A DNA stretch of 64,000 bases, taken from Octopus vulgaris. Its lineage: Eukaryota. The translations under genes and the position numbers were made by a program. The stretch lies in contig OX597836.1 of the NCBI GenBank assembly GCA_951406725.2, positions 13,206,001-13,270,000 of the forward strand. Direction: 5' to 3'. Of the stretch, positions 56,267-64,000 are shown piece after piece; the first letter of the stretch is position 1, and each line of letters begins with the position of its first letter. Below the pieces are notes generated by a model. It searched no databases. It was not told the origin of the DNA and saw only the letters and a program-made list of their open reading frames with translations.

Positions 56267-56724
56267 AAATATATTTTTCACCGGAATAGTTCAATACTTG
56301 TTTCAGTCATTTGACTGCGGCCATGCTGGAGCACCGCCTTTAGTCGAGCAAATCGACCCCAGGACTTATTCTTTGTAAGTTCTCTTTATCCGGAACCGCT
56401 AAGTTTTGGGGACGTAAATACAGCAGCATCAGTTGTCAAGCGATGTTGGGGGGACAAGCACAAACACAGAAACATATACACACACATACACATATATATA
56501 TATATATACATATATACGGCAGGCTTCTTTCAGTTTCCGTCTACCGAATCCACTCACAAGGCTTTGGTCGGCCCGAGGTTATAGTAGAAGACGCTTGCCC
56601 AAGGTGCCACGCAGTGGGACTGAACCCGGAACCATGTAGTTGGTAAGCAAGCTACTTACCACACAGCCACTCCTACATATATATATATATATTATGTATT
56701 ATTTTTCTCTTTTATTCAACTCAG

Positions 56725-56853
56725 CTAAAGGGACAAACACTACTAAGATCACATTTGACAGAATAACTAAAGATCAGTCTATTATTTGCTATGCTGTGAC
56801 TGATAAGCAAAAAGGACCAACGAAGAAAGCAGTTCTTGAATTTATTGCCAAAG
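56725..56853 (+). CDS. Adhesion GPCR exon 9: end of Ig-like domain 2
   Basis: ctcag|CT...AAAG|gtacgt; KITFDRITKDQSIICYAVTDKQKG; phase 1-1. Confidence 0.85.
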
Positions 56854-57642
56854 GTACGTTTCATATGCTTATCATTATGTCTTTTTTCTTTTTACTCTTT
56901 TACTTGTTTCAGTCATTTGACTGCGGCCATGATGGAGCACCACCTTTAGTCAATCAAGCAAATCGACCCCCCCGGGACTTATTCTTTTGTGAGCCCAGTA
57001 CTTATTCTATCGGTCTCTTTTTTGCCGAACCGCTAAGTGACGGGGACGTAAACACACCAGCATCGGTTGTCAAACGATGTTGGGGGGGGGGGGGGACAAA
57101 CACAGACACATAAACATATACACACACACATACATATATACGACAGGCTTCTTTCAGTTTCCGTCTACCAAATCCACTCACAAGGCTTTGGTCGGCCCGG
57201 GGCTATAGCCGAAGACACTTGCCCAAGATGCCACGCAGTGGGACTGAACCCGGAACCATGTGGTTGGTTAGCAAGCTACTTACCACACAGCCACTCCTGC
57301 GCCTATAAAACTGAAGGGGACATCCATGTTTTTTTTCTTCTTTTTACTCATTTATTCTTTTACTTGTTTCAGTCATTCGGCTGCAGCCATGCTGGAGCAC
57401 AACCTTAAGTGTTTCTCTTTAATCGTTTGTGTGTTTCAGTCGTTGGATTGTGGTCATTCTGGGGCAGCGCCCTGAAAGGGTTTTGGTCAAACATTGATCC
57501 TAGTACTTGATACGTTTTAACGTCTGGTACTTATTCCATCGGGGCTTTGTTGCAGAGGCCTGTCATGTAAGGGTTTTGTAACCCGATCGTCTACGCTGCT
57601 TTCACAGCTGTCCTCCTGCATGCGAGATTCCTTCAATTTCTA

Positions 57643-57673
<31 letters not shown>

Positions 57674-58450
57674 CTCTTACTCTTTTACTTGTTTCAGTCA
57701 TTTGACTGCGGCCATGCTGGAGCACCCCCTTTAGTCAATCAAGTAAATCGACCCCAGGACTTATTCTTTGTAAGCCTAGTACTTATTCTATCGGTGTCTT
57801 TTGCCGAATCGTTAAGTTACGGGGACGTAAACACACCGCCATCGGTTATCAAGCGATGTTGCGGGTACAAACACAGACATTTGCCTTTCATCCTTTCGGG
57901 GTCGATTAAATAAGTACCAGTTACGCACTGGGGTCGATATAATCGACTTAATCCGTCTGTCTGTCCTTGTTTGTCTCCTCTGTGCTTAGCCCCTTGTGGG
58001 TAGTAATGAAATAGGTATTTCGTCTGCCGCTACGTTCTGAGTTCAAATTCCGCCGAGGTCGTCTTTGCCTTTCATCCTTTCGGGGTCGATTAAATAAGTA
58101 CCAGTTACGCACTGGGGTCGATATAATCGACTTAATCCGTTTGTCTGTCCTTGTTTGTCCCCTCTGTCTTTAGCCCCTTGTGGACAATAAGGAAATAAGA
58201 ATTATTAGTCCAGGAAGGCTTCTGGCTGGCAAGACACAGCAATGTTGAAACGCCAGAGTCACTTGCACTAATGAATCGGTCTTATTATGAACTCAAATTC
58301 ATCATAAAGGAGTTGTTCTGCAACGAAACACACCAGTGATTAGCAAAATTACGTTCGAAACAAGTATTAAGAGTGAATATGTATGTTATGGTTTCGATGC
58401 TCATTGTTCGCCGTGTATTTGACGACTTATATATAATTTCTGTTCTGCAG

Positions 58451-58552
58451 ATACGAAGATGTGCGACAGTTTCACGGACGATGACGGAAATAAATGGCCA
58501 GAGACAGCTTCTGGCAAAACAGCCGAGGTTCCATGTCAAGGAGACTTTACAG
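58451..58552 (+). CDS. Adhesion GPCR exon 10: HRM domain first half
   Basis: ctgcag|AT...ACAG|gtattc; DTKMCDSFTDDDGNKWPETASGKTAEVPCQGDFTG; phase 1-1. Confidence 0.9.
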
Positions 58553-58850
58553 GTATTCATTGGTTTATCCTTTCACATTTCTGAACGGTTGCGTGCGCAC
58601 ACACACACACATACACACACACACACATACACACACATACACACACACATCACTCACACACACACACACATCACTCACACACACACACACACATCACTCA
58701 CACACACACACACACACATCACTCACACAACACACACACATCACTCACACACACACACACATCACTCACACACACACACACACATCACTCTCACACACAC
58801 ACATACACACACACATCACTCACACACATCACTCACACACACACACATCA

Positions 58851-58901
<51 letters not shown>

Positions 58902-59181
58902 ACACACATACACACATATACACACACACATCACTCACACACACACATCACTCACACACACACACACACATCACTCACACACACACACCACTCACACACA
59001 CACACACACTCACACACACACACATCACTCACACACACATACACACACATACACACACATCACTCACACACATCACTCACACACACACACATACACACAC
59101 ACACATCACTCTCACACACACACACATCACTCACACACACACACACACACACATCACTCACACACATCACTCTCACACACA

Positions 59182-59220
<39 letters not shown>

Positions 59221-59753
59221 GTGTTTATGTGTTCATATAGAGCTGGCAGAACCGTTAGCACGCCGGGCGAAATGCGTAGCCGTTACGTTCTGAGTTCAAA
59301 TTCCGCCGAGGTCGACTTTGCCTTTCAATTTTTTAGGGGTCGATAAATTAAGTGTCAGTTACGCACTGGGGGTCGATGTAATCGACTTAGTTCGTTTGTC
59401 TGTCCTTGTTTGTCCCCTCTGTGTTTAACCCCTCTGTGTTTAACCCCTTGTGGGTAGTCAAGAAACATATATTCTTATGTAGTAAGAGACTCAAAATGAG
59501 GGTCAATGCACATTCCACATCTTGGTATTTGCTCTTTACTCTTTACGCTTTTACTTGTTTCAGTCATTTGACTGCGGCCATGCTGGAGCACCGCCTTTAA
59601 TCGAGCAACTCGACCCCGGGACTTCTTCTTTTGTAAGCCCAGTACTTATTCTATCGGTCCCTTTTGCCGAACCGCTAAGTAACGGGGACATAAACACACC
59701 AGCATCGGTTGTCAAGCAATGCTAGGGGGACAAACACAGACACATAAACACAT

Positions 59754-59790
<37 letters not shown>

Positions 59791-59984
59791 TACGACGGGC
59801 TTCTTTCAGTTTCCATCTACCAAATCCACTCACAAGGCTTTGGTCGGCCCGGGGCTATAGTAGAAGACACTTGCCCAAGGTGCCACGCAGTGGGACTGAA
59901 CCCGGAACCATGTGGTTGATTAGCAAGCTACTTACCACACAATCTTAAATTGTTTAGGCGTAGGAGTGTTTTACTTGTTTCAGT

Positions 59985-60570
59985 CATTACTACCCACAAG
60001 GGGCTAAACACAGAGAGGACAAACAAGGACAAACAAACAGATTAAGTCGATTACATCGACCCCAGTGCGTAACTGGTTCTTATTTAATCGACCCCGAAAG
60101 GATGAAAGGCAAAGTCAACCTCGGCGGAATTTGAACTCAGAATGTAGCGGCAGACGAAATACCTATTTCTTTACTACCCACAAGGGGCTAAACACAGAGA
60201 GGACAAACAAACGGATTAAGTCGATTATATCGACCCCAGTGCGTAACTGGTACTTAATTTATCGACCCCGAAAGGATGAAAGGCAAAGTCGACCTCGGCG
60301 GAATTTGAACTCAGAACGTAGCGGCAGACGAAATACCTATTTCTCTACTACCCACAAGGGACTAAACACAGAGAGGACAAACAAGGACAAACAAACGGAT
60401 TAAGTCGATTATATCAACCCCAGTGTGTAACTGGTTCTTATTTAATCGACCCCGAAAGGATGAAAGGCAAAGTCAACCTCGGCGGAATTTGGACTCGGAA
60501 CGCAGAGGCGGACGAAATACCAGAAAGCATTTCGCCCGGCTTGCTAACGTTTCTACCAGCTCGCCGCCAA
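59985..60570 (-). repeat. Trimer of type B SINE
   Basis: Three tandem bodies behind one head; dimer also at 57880-58200(+). Confidence 0.85.
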
Positions 60571-61049
60571 TACCTGTCCTCTATCACATATGTACTTTAG
60601 TGGCTGCGGTCGACCTGAGATTCCAGGCTGCAAGACTGAACCCGAAATCATATGATTGAAAAATGTTAATTATTTACAACACAGACTGGCTTTAGAACTG
60701 ATTATTTTCGATTTTTGCAAATGTCAATTGACAACAATGTTTGACAAACAAAAGCAAAATAAAAAGAATAAAGTTCTAGGGCACTGTATTTATTTATAAA
60801 CTTTAAACTGAACTTCAATTGTTTTATAAACCTAACAGCGTGGTGGTACGTAAAGAAACGGCGTAAATTTACGAAGGTATAAACCTGACGGAAATACACG
60901 AAGTTGACTACTTTCACTTCTGACAACCAAAGGCATGACAGTGCCAGTTCTAGTGTTCCCCCTGACTCCAATCAAAAAAGAAAAAGTCTTAAAAAAAAAA
61001 AAAACGGTATCGGCAATCTCATTATTACTCTTCGTGTTTTCCGTTGCAG

Positions 61050-61144
61050 GAATGATTTCTAGATATTGTGCAGAAGATGAAAAATGGGGCAATCCGAACG
61101 ATGAGCTTTGCGTCCGACGTGTTTTCACCGATATTATCAACAAC
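61050..61144 (+). CDS. Adhesion GPCR exon 11: HRM domain second half
   Basis: ttgcag|GA...AAC|gtaagt; GMISRYCAEDEKWGNPNDELCVRRVFTDIINN; phase 1-0. Confidence 0.92.
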
Positions 61145-61879
61145 GTAAGTGAAATTTTTTCTACGATGTGAGAAAGAAGAGTCATTGTAAGTTCAGTGAT
61201 TTTGTGAACGAAAATAAAGTGTGAGAAACTATTGGGCTGTCCGGAAAGTTCCTGCCGATTTATAGTAGCTTACCTTTCGAATATTTTTACTCTTCGTTCT
61301 GCATATTTGTATTTGTAATGTGCGTGTTGGCTGGGTCATCTCCTTTTCTAAAAATTATGCATGTATGTATGTATGTATGTATGTATTATGTATGTATGTA
61401 TGTATGTATGTATGTATGTATGTATGTATGTATGTATGTATGTATGTGTATGTATGTATGTATGTGTGTATGTATGTATGTATGTATGTATGTATGTGTG
61501 TATGTATGTGTGTGTGTATATGTATGTTTGTATGTATGTATGTGTGTATGTATGTATGTATGTATGTATGTATGTATGTATGTATGTGTGTGTGTATGTA
61601 TGTATTTATGTATGTATGTGTGTATGTATGTATGTATGTATGTGTGTGTGTGTATGTATGTATTTATGTATGTATGTGTGTATGTATGTATGTATGTATG
61701 TATGTATGTATGTATGTATGTGTGTGTGTATGTATGTGTGTGTATGTAGGTATGTATGTATGTGTGTATGTATGTATGTGTGTATGTATGCATGCATGTA
61801 TGTATGTGTGTGTATGTATGTATGTATGTATGTATGTTTTGTATGTATGTATGTATGTATGTATGTATGTATGCATGTA

Positions 61880-61911
<32 letters not shown>

Positions 61912-61927
61912 TGTGTGTGTATATATG

Positions 61928-62020
<93 letters not shown>

Positions 62021-62049
62021 TTATCTATTAATATGTAAATGTTTTAAAG

Positions 62050-62235
62050 CTTGTTGACATTGAGGACAATATCCACACGGGTACCGCTGAGGTCTTGGAC
62101 ATGTTAGTGAACGTCACCGAAGATACAGCCAACACAACTCTTAGCACCGGAGATGTTATCACTGGAGTGACTGCTTTGGACAAAATAGCAGCAATCCAGG
62201 AGGATGTGAAAGTTGTGGAGGAGGACCAAATCAAA
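62050..62235 (+). CDS. Adhesion GPCR exon 12: GAIN subdomain A start (gene continues past the window)
   Basis: ttttaaag|CTT...AAA|gtaagt; VLDMLVNVTEDTANTTLSTGDVITGVTALDKIA resembles the helical LxxGDV GAIN segment; phase 0-0. Confidence 0.85.
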
Positions 62236-62307
62236 GTAAGTCAACTCTAAAGAATCCCTCTTGTGTTGTCTTTTGATTTCTTTTGATAACGAGTTAGCGA
62301 AGATGTA

Positions 62308-62383
<76 letters not shown>

Positions 62384-62595
62384 TCCCCTTTCTCACTTAA
62401 AAAAAAAAATTTTTCCCTTACAATTCTTGAAAAGTCACATTATGACGAAAACTGGTTTGAATTAATATATATTTATATATTTTATCAATTTCTCATTTCA
62501 TTAAAATTTTCTTTCAATTTAGCATTCTGCATTTTTACAATTTTTCCTTGCTTATCATTTCTCAACGTGCGGTCAACACAACCCCACCATTTATT

Positions 62596-62687
<92 letters not shown>

Positions 62688-62853
62688 TGTATGTATGTAT
62701 GTATGTATGTATAGGCGTAGGAGTGGCTGTGTGGTAAGTAGCTTGCTTACTAACCACATGGTTCCGGGTTCAGTCTCACTGCGTGGCACGTTGGGCAAGT
62801 GCATTCTACTATTGTGAGCGGACTTGGTAGACGGAAACTGGAAGACGCCCGTC

Positions 62854-62926
<73 letters not shown>

Positions 62927-63044
62927 TGTCTTTGTTTGTTCCCCTCAACATCGCTTGACAGCCCTGTCCGAGATTCGAACTCACAACCTCAGGATTGTAA
63001 GCTTGACGCTCTGACCACTGATCCATGCACCCACACACACATAC

Positions 63045-63206
<162 letters not shown>

Positions 63207-64000
63207 TCACACATACACACACTAACTAAAACGCTTTTATAAGCGTCGAAATGTCTATTGAACGATAGAGATTAGATGATATTTTTTCGAATGCAGAATT
63301 GCCGTTAGAACGGCAGAAATGTTGGATAAATTACACTTACATTTGTCCAACATTTGGACTCGAACCCATATTTCTCGAAGACTTCGGCTGAATGTCTTAC
63401 CATTAAGATAAACTGCCCGCTGACAAATTTATCCGCGATTTTATGCGATAAATTGCTCAATGTATAATTACGTGTGTAAAAATAAACAAACTAACATCTG
63501 ATTTTATAAGCGTCGAAATGTATAGTGAACGATACTGTGTGGCGGAAGCACTCCGTCGGTTACGACAACGAGGGTTCCGGTTGATCCGATCAACGGAACA
63601 GCCTGCTCGTGAAATTAACGTGTAAGTGGCTGAGCACTCCACAGACACGTGCACCCTTAACGTAGTTCTCGGGGATATTCAGCGTGACACAGAGAGTGAC
63701 AAGGCCGGCCCTTTGAAATACAGGTACAACAGAAACAGGAAGTAAGAGTGAGAGAAAGTTGTGGTGAAAGAGTACAGCAGGGATCACCACCATCCCTGCC
63801 GGAGCCTCGTGGAGCTTTAGGTGTTTTCGCTCAATAAACACTCACAACGCCCGGTCTGGGAATCGAAACCGCGATCCTACGACCGCGAGTCCGCTGCCCT
63901 AACCACTGGGCCATTGCGCCTCCACTTAACGATACTGTAGGTTTATTGAGAATATGCATCAGCATTTGCTCAAAAAACAATCAAGCAAAATCTCGATACA

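Overview
AT-rich, microsatellite- and SINE-saturated animal DNA; the repeat landscape suggests an octopus/cephalopod genome (inference). The main gene is a + strand spliced adhesion GPCR assembled by hand from 12 phase-compatible GT-AG coding exons (26849..62235, about 2,518 codons if one frameshift is corrected). Domain order: signal peptide, about 2,080 aa Thr/Ser/Asn tandem-repeat stalk (two giant exons), SEA domain with GSVV motif, two Ig-like domains, HRM domain, start of GAIN; GPS and 7TM lie beyond the window. The 4.8 kb stalk exon has a +1 frameshift inside its repeat array and is followed by a decayed continuation. The rest is mobile DNA: a near-intact Penelope-like retroelement (1..1916, minus strand, mostly missed by the ORF track), two decayed Penelope-like copies, mariner and LINE fragments, four tRNA-derived SINE types with tandem arrays, and palindromic elements. 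The most unexpected signal is about a dozen type-I hammerhead-ribozyme-like motifs with palindromic stem III, from several unrelated sequence families, mostly in short elements beside (TA)n tracts. All calls were read by eye; no searches or folding were run.
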